Origin: Podarcis gaigeae
Lineage: Eukaryota
Assembly: GCA_964106915.2 (NCBI GenBank)
Contig: OZ066918.1
Direction: 5' to 3' (one strand)
Length of the DNA: 64,000 nucleotides
Of the stretch, positions 1 to 11,998 are shown in pieces. Numbering within the stretch: the stretch's first letter is position 1; each line of letters starts with the position of its first letter. The notes beneath the pieces were generated by a model that was not told where the DNA came from, searched no databases, and worked only from the letters and a program-made list of their open reading frames with translations. A program made the translations under genes and the position numbers.

Positions 1-882
1 CTCCTGAGAGAGGCTTGTGGAAGGCCACTTAGCCTGTGTACACACCATACATTTAAAGCACATGACTTCCCCAAAAGAATCCTGGGAACTGTCATTTGTT
101 AAAATAGCAACCTTTCCCAGGGGGAAGCCATGTACTTTAAAGCTGTGGTGTGTACCCTAGTTAGTTTCCTGTGGAGGCAAAACTAGCTGATTTGTAGTCT
201 CTTAGTCACTGTGCTATATGAGCCATACAAGCAAGGGGCTTTGCTTACATTGATGGTTTTTAAACTCTGCCTTCAAGGAACTTTGTCAACTACAAGTCAT
301 CTGTTCAAAAACCCCACTGTGTATCTGTCATGGGACTTTGCAAATTCATAGGGGATTCAGAGAGGGCATGGTCAGGTGCGCAGCCTGCTCACAGTGAGCC
401 AACTGGCCCGGCCTACAAAGCCTCATTATTTCTCACATGAAGCGCCCCCCCCACTCCCCTCAGGCTGAGCATTGCATAGGAGGGCTGGTAATGGAGGGCA
501 GCATGTCTGCCTTAACTGATCTTCACATTGAGGAACCTCCAATAAGCTTCTCTGGAACACAATCTAAAGCCCCTTGACTCTCATGATTAGTCACTCCAGG
601 GCAGCAGTACCCTCCGATGACAGGTGGCATTTCCAGAACAGAGAAGATTGACTGGAGGTAAAAGTGGAGGCGGCATTTCACTTTAACTCCCAAAGCCATT
701 TGAGCTGGTTAAACCGCTTCCTCACCCCCTCTCTGTGTAGTTTTCATTTAATGTGAAATATTTGCTCATCAGTAACTCAATTACAAGCTCTAGGTTGGTG
801 GGTTGTTGTTTTTTTGCAGACAGCTTACTCCGTCCTTTAATCTGATTACTGTTGTGAATAAGGACTGACTTCTCACACAATT

Positions 883-978
883 GTGTGTCTCTATCTATCT
901 GTGTGTGTGTGTGTGTGTGTGTATCTATCTATCTATCTATGAGAACGCGTGTGTGCGCGTGCACACACACACACACAT
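883..978. repeat. Compound microsatellite (TG)n-(TATC)n-(CG/TG)-(CA)n
   Basis: Visible GT run at 901-922, TATC run to about 940, and alternating purine-pyrimidine tract at 945-978. Confidence 0.95.
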
Positions 979-1047
979 CAGTAGAAAATGGAGACCCCTG
1001 CCAGAATGGTGCCATGACCTTGCCTCCCTCCCCAGTCTTTTGGGATT

Positions 1048-1079
1048 CAACAAACAAACAAACAAACAAACAAACAAAC
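1048..1079. repeat. (AAAC)n microsatellite
   Basis: About 8 tandem AAAC units. Confidence 0.95.
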
Positions 1080-1350
1080 CTTGGACAAGCTAAAGAAAGG
1101 ATAAAGAAATTAGCACCTTTCTGAGCACACAAGAGGAAGCAATATTCTCTCTCAGTGGCAGTAGGTGGAGGATGACAGCCAGAGCCTCGTCTCTCTCCGC
1201 TTTCCTTATCATTAGCTATTAATTGCCGCCGAGGTGTGGCCAAGGGGGGTTGCCGAGGCATTAGCCGCTTCGGAGTCGGTGTCCTCGCATAACCTCCCTC
1301 TTAACCAAAAAACTAGCACTAATATGTAGCCCTCGCCTTATAAAGTCAAA

Positions 1351-1368
1351 ATGCACAATACCTTCCTG
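1351..1368 (+). CDS. TET1: Candidate alternative first coding exon of short TET1 (MHNTFL)
   Basis: aaaATG with A at -3, six codons, then a consensus donor CTG|GTGAGT in phase 0, in frame with exon 3. Inferred only; no transcript data. Confidence 0.5.
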
Positions 1369-1877
1369 GTGAGTGCGTGTGTGCGCAGCGTCCGCAGGCT
1401 CTCCCCCCCCCCCCCGGGGCTCAATTGATCCCTCCTCCTCCGTTGCTCTGGATCTCTCCTCTCTGTCTTCTCTTTCGCGTTCAGCTTTAAACCAATCAGT
1501 CAGGCAAACCAGGAGTTGGGGGGGGGCGTTTGGCGGCTTTGCTTTTCCAGTCATTAATATATATATATATAAATAACACACCTCGCTTCCGCCTAGCCCA
1601 CCCCCACCCTCCAGCTTTCCAACCCCTATTTCCACCCCACCCCACCCCTCGGCCGGATCCACGGTCGCAGGGAGTCCATGTCGCAGCTTGCGCCCGCCCC
1701 TTGTGTCCTCTTGCTCCGAGTAAAAACCCCACATAGGAGACCCTTTGTTTGGGAAGGGCTAGGCAAGGGAAGAAGCGCTTTGGAAGCTCCTGGCCTCGCT
1801 TTGCTATTGGCTGGTCCTTTTCTAGAGCCTGGTGGTTGATATTTTTTTTGTGGTGGATTTTTTTTCTTCTTTTGGGG

Positions 1878-1902
1878 GTGTGTGTGTGTGTGTGTGTGTG
1901 TG
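1878..1902. repeat. (TG)n microsatellite
   Basis: Direct observation. Confidence 0.95.
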
Positions 1903-2424
1903 TCTGTGTAATAATATTCGAGAGGCATGCCCAGCACGTCCCCAGTGTTGGCAGGCAGGGCTTGCTGTGCTGCTTTTTGCTGCCGCCGCCGCTGCTGTTC
2001 CTTTTAAAAACACCATGATAATAATACTCAAAAAGCAGCGTGAAGTAGTGCTGTACTGTGGAAGGTTCTTCAGCAGAAGGAAGCAAGATGGCTACCTTGT
2101 GGGTTTTGCTGTGAAGAATGCAGAGCCTAATTAAACCCGACTCTGAAGGGGGGGAAGGTTACTACTATTTTCCCCCCTCCTTCCTCGCTAACCCTCTTTC
2201 CCCCCGTTTTCTTTTTGTTTTGATTCCGGTGACTTCAACGCCTAAAGTCTACTCATCAGTTCCTTCTTAAGTTCTGCAGCGAGAGAGAGAGAGAGAGAAA
2301 AGCCCGTATGGTTCTGCTTTAAAGTCTTCTAATGTTACAAGGCGGGTGGGGGGGGGGAATGCTTAAAAATAAATATTTGCTTTATTCACGAAGGCTTACT
2401 TTGCAATTTGGTGTCTTTCTTTAG

Positions 2425-2475
2425 GTGCTAACTGAAAACAAAAGGCCTCAGAGGAGAAAGCAAAGAGTTCAAAAG
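2425..2475 (+). CDS. TET1: TET1 exon 3 equivalent (VLTENKRPQRRKQRVQK), 51 nt, phase 0/0
   Basis: Acceptor tttctttag|GTG and donor AAG|gtaat. The basic peptide resembles the short post-CXXC exon of mammalian TET1 (VIKENKRPQREKKPKVLK, recalled) and is in frame with the next exon. Confidence 0.88.
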
Positions 2476-4412
2476 GTAATAACGGATCATTTAATTTATT
2501 AATAATTACAGAAAAGCAAACCCCAACCTGTCATACACACTTTTTTTTTTTGGCTGTGAAATAGGCGGTAGAAGGGTGGAAATTCTAGAAAGTATTAGTT
2601 TCCTGATTTTCATATTTATGGTGAATATTAAAAGCTCATAACATTTTTGTCTTTCCCTCAGTATGATGAAGTGTGTTTTGTAGAGATTTAACTCTTTGTG
2701 CACAGAGTTGCAGGATAGAATTTTAAATTACTTGCAGTGCACTGAAAATGACTTGTGTCATCCTTGATTCTTAAAGGCTGTGGTCCTAAAGATGCTTATT
2801 ATGATGGAGTTGGTCCTACTGAATTCAGTAAGAGTTATTTACGAGTAAATGTGTTTAGAAATTGTGCTGAAAGTGACCCTTTGGTTCTTGGACGAGGGCT
2901 GTCTTCATATAGATATCAGGCTGTGTGTATGTTAACCGTGGAATGATAATATCATGTTAAATGTTGGCTGTTCTTGCATTCCCCCCTCCCAAATGATTTG
3001 CTTCTTGTTTTGTAAAATTGACATATTCAGGTAAATGTGGCCTGCAATTCGTAATTAAAAAAATACTACAGGTATGCATTTTCTTCAATAAGTGTGTGTT
3101 GGTCTGAAAATGGTTTTTAAATCGGGCGGCGTTCCATAAGTGTTTTGGTGTGGCGTGGAGCTGCTGAAGCAAAAATCGGGAGGGGAAAAAACCCTAGTGC
3201 ATATTCGGTGTTTCTTGTGCATATATAAATGGCAACCCTGTTCTCTTCAGTGAGTCAGGGAATTCCTGTACACGTGCAGAGGAAATCCCTGTTTACGATG
3301 GGGAATCCCCATCCCATAGTAGAGAATTAGGGCCCCTCCCACACAAGCAGAGTGCTGAATGTCATTGGAGCTTTCCAGAATTCTGGATCATGGCGGATGT
3401 GTTTAGTCTCAGGATTCGAAAGTGAAAATGTATTGCGCGTTTATGTTGCCATATTTGTACTGGGGTGTTTGCCTCCAACTCTGACATAGCGGCATGTTCT
3501 GTAGTGTGACTGAAGTCCTGGCAAACTTACTAACTCGCTGGTACACTATGCGTTAGCTCCTGTGACCAGGCTGGAAGGTCTGTGGATGTTGTTCTTTTGT
3601 GGTAAGAATACTTGGTATGAGTGTAGTAATAGTTAACATGTATTTTGCTGTGTGCGATAGCTTTCAGTTTATTTAGAAACTAGTCATAGGGTCCTTAAAC
3701 AAAGCAGTTGTGTATAAAGATAATTATTTTATAAAAATAAAAACCTATAGAGACTTAAAGTAGATTTTAGGAGGAAATTAAGTATCCTTAAAATCTCCAC
3801 TTTGATAGACTAGGCTGCAATCCTGTGCACACTTATCCAGGAGACCCAGTGAACCTAGTGGGGTTTGTTCCTGAGCAAATGTGCATGGGATTGTGTTATT
3901 TACTTGAAGGTGCTATGGTTGGATTTGTGTTTAGGATGCTAAAGTATACTTGAATTGCGTGTGTGGACACACTTGCATTTGAAAAAAAGTATTCATAATT
4001 TTATTTGCACTGCGCTTAAAATATTATCTTCCAAGTGTGAGCATTTTATGTCTTTTTTTATTTGGATCTGAAATACATGGTTGATTTCTATGTCTTTAGA
4101 AATAATGTCATGTTTACAATGTTGTGTGCTTGCAAATTAAATAATCACTTTGTTGGCATTTTTAATTGACAACCCAAAAATTTAGGTTGCAGTCTGATTT
4201 GGACATCAGTTCCATCAAAATCAATGGGTTGTAAATTCAAATATATAAGTTTCTTTTTGGATAATGGTTCCAATATGTAAGAAGCAATTGTATTATTATT
4301 TTTTACAATGGAGCCAACCAATCAATCTATTGGGCATAGTCTACTGGGATGTTCTTTTGCCGTTCATTTAGCTCCATTGTACTCTTGTGTGGCTCTCATT
4401 CATTTCTAGCAT

Positions 4413-4457
4413 CATTTATTTATTTATTTATGTATGTATGTATGTATGTATGTATGT
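4413..4457. repeat. (TTTA)n-(TATG)n microsatellite
   Basis: Direct observation. Confidence 0.9.
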
Positions 4458-5020
4458 TTTTATTTTCAGCTGCTGTGGGAAGGCAGCCTTAACAGCAAAT
4501 AGATAAAGAAAAGCTTCCTAGTGGATTGTCTCAGTTTTACTACATTGAGGATAGTGGCACTTAGCTGACTTTGCTGAAAGGGTGCAATCTAGACTTCATT
4601 GTGGAGGCCCTCGGGGCACTTGCTGGATTAGAAATTGCACCCAGTTAGTTGCTGATGCTGCCTCTAACCTGGCAGGCACCCAGTGCAAAATTAAAGGCCC
4701 CTGGAGCACATTTATTGCTTTTTGTGGACACTTGCCAGGTTGAAACCAGTATGTTGTGTGCATCGCTTCCAACATGATGAGCATCCCATGTTAGGTGACA
4801 GGGATTCAGGTAGGCACTTGTCTCCAATCTGGGTTGAAGTAGGGAACTGCAAACTGGCAGGATGAAGTTTTGTTGCAGCCTATGTGCCACCAATTGGCTT
4901 TCCCAGGGCTTCTGTTCCACTGTGCTGTTGATCATTAGTGCTTTCCAGAAGCTAATTGCTTATTGTGTTGGTCGTTCCTTAAATGGGTCGGAAAGTTTAA
5001 CTGTGGCATTAAGTTTAGAT

Positions 5021-5144
5021 CAATGAATGTGGTGCCCTCCTGTTGTTTTGGAGAGCAACTTCCATCAATCCCAGCCAGCATGGTCAGTGCTCAGGGGAAT
5101 AGCAGTTCAGCAGCATTGAGAGGGTACCACATTGGCTTCCCCTA
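5021..5144. mobile_element. Degenerate hAT-type palindromic MITE
   Basis: Internal similarity to the copies at 9246 and 55683. Flanks gtttagat and atctagat resemble an 8-bp TSD. Confidence 0.45.
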
Positions 5145-6558
5145 ATCTAGATAGTTTGATTTGCATCTGTTAATTTTAGAGCAAGCTTAAATCACACCAA
5201 GTAACACTGGGTTCTTTATATTTCATGTTGTTAGATTCTTCTTGTATGAGGGCATGTTACTGTATGCTGCGATTACTTCTAATATTCTGTTCTCCTCCTC
5301 CATGTACCTTGGCTTCTCAGCTCTATGTGACATCTTTGTTGCCCTACCTGCCAGCAGATTTAAATGAAGATAATTTAATTTTATTTCCTTACTGTTTTGA
5401 GATAAGAACACAGCACATAAGACATTCCCTGCTCTAATCTGGTGTCATAGCATGCCTCCTGTTTTTTCTCTCTCATTTGGAAATGGTGATCGAAACTCCC
5501 ATTGTTCTAGGTGCATTTTGCGACAGGGAATTTCATTAGCGCAAGCAGCTTCTGAGCTCTGGGCACAGTGCTGCACCTAAGATTTCAAATTAAAAATGCT
5601 GAGTGAAAGGGAAGGAGGACCTTTTTCTGCCTCCCCACTTCCAGCTACTCTCTGAAGGCTGGAGAAGAGACCCTCTTAAGAATATTAGGCGGGTGGGCAG
5701 GGAAAGGACTAGACCATGTGAATAATGAACAGAATATTTTAGTTGCAGTTCATTCATTTTCAACTTTGTATTCTAGTTTTTTTAAAAACGTGCCTAGACA
5801 CTCCATTGCAGCACCCATAACCTAGGTTCAAGGTGCTATTTAGCTCCTATCTTTCATATCAGTTTCTAACACTGATAGTTTTGAAATCCATAAGCCCTTG
5901 CGTGTATTTAATAATAGATTTTAAATGTCTGTGTTACCCACCAGGCATTAGTATTTTGTTATATAGTGTATTCTTTTAGACTGTGCCTTTTTTGCCAGAC
6001 ATACTTAACAATCCAATCCTTTGCACACTTTCTTGGGATTTACTGTCATAATACCCAGCTGTCCTTTTCATCCACTTCTGCAGTCATGGTCTGGATATGG
6101 TGAGGAGTTGGGATGCATATAATCCTTTATAGTTGTTCAAAGAGGACTAGCGATAGTAGTCATTAAGCATTTTGAACTTTTAAGGCTGCCATTTCTGGCA
6201 TGGTCGTGAGGGAGTAAATCACTTTAAACTCTGAGGGACATACTACTGAGGAAACATGTATAGGATTATGCTGCCTGAGTATTTATACATTTATCTGGAC
6301 TGATAAACATAGACAAAGACAGATTGACTTCGTGTTCAATCTGGAGAAAGCTGGGCATATTAAACTCTCATATAAATCTTATCAATTTTAGCCTATAATT
6401 CTCAAATTCTTTAATACCACTGGGATTTAGGTGGGGAGGAAGATAGGCCTAACTTCCTCCGGATTGATTCTGTGCAATACATTAGTGGAGATTTAAAAAA
6501 TATTCTTCAATGGGATATATGTGGTTGGGTGTTTCTGTTGTGCATGCACATTGTTGGG

Positions 6559-6869
6559 AAGGTGTAGGCAACCTAAGGCCCGTGAGCTGGATGCAGCCCA
6601 ATCGCCTTCTCAATCCAGCCCATGGACAGTCTGGGAATCAGCGTGTTTTTACATGAATAGAATGTGTTCTTTTATTTAAAATGCATCTCTGGGTTATTTG
6701 TGGGGCCTGCCTAGTGTTTTTACATGAGTAGAATGTGTGCTTTTATTTAAAATGCATTTCTGGGTTATTTGTGGGGCATAGGAATTCGTTCATTCCCCCC
6801 CCCCCCATATACAACATGGTCTGAGTGATGGTGGACTGGCCCACGGTTCAAAAAGGTTGCTGACCCCTG
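6559..6869. mobile_element. Non-autonomous hAT (Charlie/OC1-like) element with a 71-bp internal tandem duplication
   Basis: Ends aaggtgtaggcaacc...ggttgctgacccctg form imperfect TIRs. 8-bp TSD ttgttggg/ttgtaggg. Duplicated unit at 6643-6706 and 6714-6777. Confidence 0.8.
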
Positions 6870-9245
6870 TTGTAGGGCATCTTAACTTTTTTTAAAAAAG
6901 GAAACCACTAATACATATTGTATTATCTATCTCACAAACATGCTGTTCTATTTCTGTTGTTTTAGAGGTGGTCATAACATGTCACTAATCATGTTAATGA
7001 TCTGTTCTGATTATTAGGTGTATCCTATTTCAAGGTGGGGTTTTTAGGTATTTTTTTAAAAACCACTTTTAAAAATCCAAAAATACTGTATATGTAACGC
7101 TTTCAGACACAAATGCTTTTTCCTAAATACTCAAAGATAATCGGTTAGCTTACTTTTGGCAGGTTTTAGACTTTGAGGTATACAGTACAGATTGATGTGG
7201 AATTTTCCCTTCCAAATTTCAAGGGTTATTACCAATTTACACTTAGATGGACTTTGCAAATTCTCAATAGTTTATTGGCCACCCTATACAATGCTTCAAA
7301 TGTAAATTAATAAACCACTAATATATCTCACAAACATGTAGAAAACGTCTGCTCCTAACAAACCAATTTGTGTCATTAAGTTGCCATATGTAAAATAGTA
7401 AAAGTGATTTTTAAGAAAGTTTACTGTTGGCAACTTAAGGATTTAATGTTTACAGCACCATCCAAAGTCCCCCATAGCATTTAGCAGCTGGTCCGTAACT
7501 GAGCTAATGGTGCTCATTGGGCTGTGACACTTGTGTCTGCGAAGGTCCTCTGTTACATTGGAGAACATAGAAGCAAGAAGGCGGAGCAGACAGATAGGGA
7601 ACTCAAGAGGTTGGAGGATTGAAGGGGAATTTTGTATTGGAAAGAAAATACCATCCATCGTACTGACTAGCCCTTGGCAAGTTTAGAATTAAATCAGTGT
7701 GTTGGCAGTGGATAATAGATGTGTGAGGACTGGAGATTCCTCTTAATATGAAAGGAATATTAACAAGATCACACCTGTCAAGCAGTGGCAGGTATGGAAG
7801 AGATGAGAACAAGCTGTCAGGTCAGAAAGACAATGTCACTAGGAAAAGAATCATCATGAAGCTAGGTGAAGGTATCATTCTACAATTGCTTATGGGATAT
7901 AGGTGTCCATGGAGGCAGCACTTCATTTATTAATATACACTGTATAATAATGCTACCCAGGAGTTGGATTTAGCTTATGCCCTCTAGATAATCTCAAACG
8001 ATGATTAAACTTCTCCAAGAGGGCTAAGTGAATTGGAGATTCTAAGGAGCAAAGCAGAGGTTTTGGTGTCACACAGTGAATTGGAGGGACGTGGGGTCAA
8101 GTGTAGAGATGGTATCTGATTTATGCTGCAGTAAATTAGTGGTTCAAATGAGTTTACAATGTGAATCGCTAAAAGCTGTCTCTCTCTGCCCCCCCTCCAT
8201 CCTTGAAAGAGTTTTCTATGTTATGTTGCCAGAAGCATACAGAAAAGTTAAACATACATGTTTTGAAAAATATAAAATAGTTACCTTAAGCCCTACAACT
8301 GACATTTCCTTCCTACCTTCAAGAACAGTTGAGAAAGCTATCCATCAAATAACCAGTTCACAAAGCGCTACTAGTGCATTGCTTCTTAATCTAATTGTGT
8401 AACTTAAAATAGGCAGATGGTTATAGAAAGAAAAAGGCATATCTAATAAAGGTTATTGGTAAATTAATAATTATTATTATATTTACATGCTGCCTAGCTT
8501 GCTGGGTTACTAATTCAATATCTGTGTACAGCTTCAATGAAATCCACCAAAAGTAACATTTACTTCAATACAATGATATGAGATGTGTGGCTTATTGCAA
8601 AAGCTGCTAATGGCAGAGGCAGTGTATCATCCACCAGTTTTTAAGAGGCACAACAGATGCATAGAAATATGCAGTAAAGTACACTTTGATGTTTGCTTTC
8701 CGCATGCTAAGCCATGCTTAGCATTTGGTGTGAAGTCAAGAATCTGCAGTTGGGCAACACTTTTATTAGGGCCAATTGAAACATTCTAAAATAATGACCA
8801 AGCCTTTTCTCAGACCAATATGGCTTCCTTTGCTTAGAATAAGACTAACTTGTGTTGTGCATCTGATTCATTGATCTAAGTACTTAGCAGGCAGGATTTA
8901 AAAACTCAGTTTCTGCCTGGGACAAATTTGTTAAGCCCTTGTAGAACGGTGTATTACAGTTCCCCCCTTCAACAAATTGAATGAAATTGCTTGGGATATA
9001 ACCTGGTATCACTGGTCTTGGGCTACACTCATATTTTGATATCTGAGCTGATGAAGTCATTGCATTGTTTTAACTTCCTTTAACTTGTGTAATTTCAATA
9101 TTGGAGTGTTTTCTTTAAAAATGGCTCCATGTATGAGAAAATGGGTAGTAATGCTGCTGTGTGGATACCTCAGCCTTAAATGTGTGAGTTGGCCCTACAT
9201 GACGTACAATGTTTCTGTAACTTAAATGAACTGGATGGTCAAATG

Positions 9246-9380
9246 CAGGCATAGGCAAACTTGGCCCTCCAGATATTTTGAAACTACAACTCCCATTGTC
9301 CCTAGCTAACAGGACCAGTGGTCAGGGATGATGGGCGTTGTATCCCAAAACATCTGGAGGGCTGAGTTTGCCTATGCCTG
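9246..9380. mobile_element. hAT palindromic MITE (135 bp)
   Basis: TIR CAGGCATAGGCAAACT...AGTTTGCCTATGCCTG. 8-bp TSD gtcaaatg/gtgaaatg. Confidence 0.9.
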
Positions 9381-9698
9381 GTGAAATGTAACAAGTCAAA
9401 TATGGTGGCATACTGGGATAGGATGAGAGTTATATTTATTAGTACAGAGGGCACTCAAAGAAATCAGGAAATGATCAGATAAACAAGATAATAGCTGATG
9501 AAGTGGCACAGTCCCGTGTCATTTCAGTAAGTTCTAAAAGTGCCAAATCTACTTTAGGAAAAGAGGTTGTTGAGGCCAACTGCACAGCGGGAGTTAAAAA
9601 GCAGGAACAGTAAGCGAGATCTAGAATCCATAATAGCAGGCGCAGTTCTAATGGAGTATTACGACGGCATACGTTTGCTTTAAAATTCAGTTGATTCT

Positions 9699-9958
9699 CA
9701 TAAGCACATAAGACAAGTCTGCTGGATCAGTCCAGTAGCCCATCTACTCCAGCATCCTGTTCTGACAGTGCCCAACCATATGTCTGGGAAGCCTTGAAAG
9801 CAGGACCCGAGTGCAACAGCAATCTGCCCACCTGCAGATCCCGCAGCTGGTATTCAGAGGCATATTACCTTTGACAGTGGAGGTAGAAAGGTAGGCATCA
9901 TAACTAGTAGCTGTTTCTAGTCTTGTCCTCCATGAATTTGTCTCATCTTTTAAAGCCT
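9699..9958 (-). mobile_element. CR1 LINE 3' end
   Basis: Reverse complement of the CR1 3' terminus at 47430-47873 (cataag..ctgctggatcag..ccatcta.tccagcatcctg). Confidence 0.75.
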
Positions 9959-10194
9959 CACAGATATTCCATTGGATGTGCTCACAGTTGTTTGTTCATA
10001 ATTCATTATTTCGTGCGTCAGATGAAGCAGAGCCAGTATTGTTAGGTTCTATAAACACAAGCGGGTCTATTCTAAGCAAAAGCAGGAAATGTCTAAAATA
10101 AATACTGGGTTCTATTCCTGCTTTATTTGTTTCTTGTATGAGTGGCGTTTTAAAGTGCAAGTTAGCAAAATGTTTTGTTTCCCATGTGGAATGA

Positions 10195-10600
10195 CTGTAT
10201 ATTTATATAATGCCATCCATCCTTGCACTGGGCACAAGAGGATACGTCCCTGCCCCAAGGAGCTTACAAACTAAAATCTTACATGGAAGAAACAACTGAG
10301 AAATGAAAGGGGGAGAGAAGGGAAGGCAGATAGGGAAGCAGTGTGCTTTGGTTTCAGTTTTGTGTACTTTGACTTGTTTAGAGGCTTAGTTGCGGTAGGG
10401 AATGGGAAAGTGGGATGTTGAGCAAGAGGCTTCACAGAAAACATAGGTTTAAGGAGGCATTTGAATAGAATAAGAGGTGGCATCACTGCGGTCATCTTAG
10501 TGGTAATTCCAAGCAGAGCGGCAGAAAGAGCAGTCTTTTGAGGGGGCAACAGACCTATGAAGGGTGCTAAAACTGGAGGAGCAAGGGCTGCATGCAGAGA
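10195..10600 (-). mobile_element. Old L2 LINE 3' fragment
   Basis: ccctgccccaaggagcttaca tail motif. Minus-strand FKCLLKPMF resembles the L2 ORF2 end FKxxLKTxLF. Boundaries approximate. Confidence 0.5.
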
Positions 10601-11919
10601 TAGAGCACACACATTATTGTTGCTTTTCCTGACATTTTCTCGATATTTGAGTCTGTTTTCCTGAGCAAACAAGAAGTTGTGTATTACTTGTCCCTGCTTT
10701 GTGCTGCATGGGTGCTTGTGGACTTATGGCATTGAACATGATATCTTGATTTTTTAAAGATGATCTTTGGAAGAAGTGGGCTCAAAATGTCCTTCATGCT
10801 TTTGATTTGATTTTTACATTTATGTCTGAAGGTGGCATATATGGCTCTGCCTCTGAGAGAAGAGCCTCCATGAAGTTCAGCTTCTCCAACCTGCTGTAAC
10901 CTGTTCTGGATTTTTTTTTGGACTGGAACTCTCATCATCCCCAGGCTACACCAGCTGCTGTAGGGGCACTAAGTTGCCCTGCTTGGTTATTTTCCCTGTG
11001 GCATCTTGTTGTAGGGAAAAATATATAAAGCTGAGCTGCTGATTGGTCTTTCCCCATGCAACAGTTGCAACAAACTTTGGACACATCTGCTGACTAAAAC
11101 CTTCCAGTGTCTCTCCTCTTTCAGCACTGCAATATTGCCAAATTTTTCCAATTAATGTTGCAGTCTTTCCAGATGCCATCATGAGAAGGAAGAAATAACT
11201 GATTTCATTTTTGGTTGCTTTTTTTTAAAAAAAAGCTTTTCTATATTTATTGATATTGTAGTTGCCCTCTTCTCACACACTTTTAAAAAAAAATCCTCTT
11301 TGAAGCAAAAAATGACATTGGGTGTTTGGGACGCTGATCTGCAAAAATAGCTATGCAATTATTGTGAGGATAGGATTATCCAAATTATTTGTTCTGCCTG
11401 GTAGTTTTGATTCTATCACTGCTGGACATTTGTTGCCCATTTAAACACAGAGATAGCAATGAGCTGGATACAAGCACAGACTGCCGTTTAAGGCTAGAGG
11501 AGGCAGGAAGAGCCCAAGCTGTGAGTAGAGGTGACCCAGTCCTACCTTACCAAGCAACAGTGTGCTCACATTTTGGTAAGCTATGTTTGCTTCCTTTTTT
11601 CCAGAGCAGTCTCCCTACTGACTCTCTGTTTTAGCACTTTGGCAAGCTTTTCAGAGCTCTCTTCCCCAAAGACCTTACAGGTGTCTACTGTAGGTAGTAT
11701 TAGCAGCTTTGTGGAACTATGTTCCCTCTGGTTCCTAGGGCTGGTGGTTCTGCTATGTGTGTTGCCACTGTAATGTGATACTGTACTGTGGTACCTGTAT
11801 GTGTAGCCTTTTCTGGCAAGTGCCCCACATTGGGCAGGTGCAGTTTATTATTTGGTTATCTGCTCAGGGCAATGGCTATTTGTCACAGGCAAGTAGGCAA
11901 ATTGCAAGTATAATTGACT

Positions 11920-11998
11920 GTGGTTGAGATTCCTGCATTGCGGGGGTTGGACTAGATGAATCTCGGGGTCCCCTCCAACTCTACAGTTCTGTGATTCT
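11920..11998 (+). mobile_element. CR1 LINE extreme 3' end
   Basis: gggttggactagatga..ggtcccctccaactctac..ttctgtgattct is a typical CR1 terminus. Confidence 0.8.

Larger units (their letters stand above)
1220..2300 (+). promoter_or_regulatory. TET1: CpG-rich internal (intron 2) promoter of TET1; likely start of a CXXC-less short isoform
   Basis: Local CpG/GC enrichment in an otherwise CpG-depleted window, GCC triplets at 1980-1995, YY1 core CAAGATGGC at 2084-2092, CCAAT at 1492-1496, and position immediately upstream of exon 3. Mammalian TET1 has a known intron-2 promoter (TET1s/TET1ALT). Confidence 0.7.

Noticed and set aside
881-2134. Overlapping 67-196 aa ORFs at the internal promoter, including accATG at 2015 (39 aa)
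   Set aside because: They are driven by microsatellites and high GC, show no recognisable domain, and have no strong in-frame donor. At most they are uORFs.
9495-9535. CTGATGA plus hairpin as another hammerhead (similarly at ~22761 and ~49382)
   Set aside because: No correctly placed GAAA, UH and stem I.
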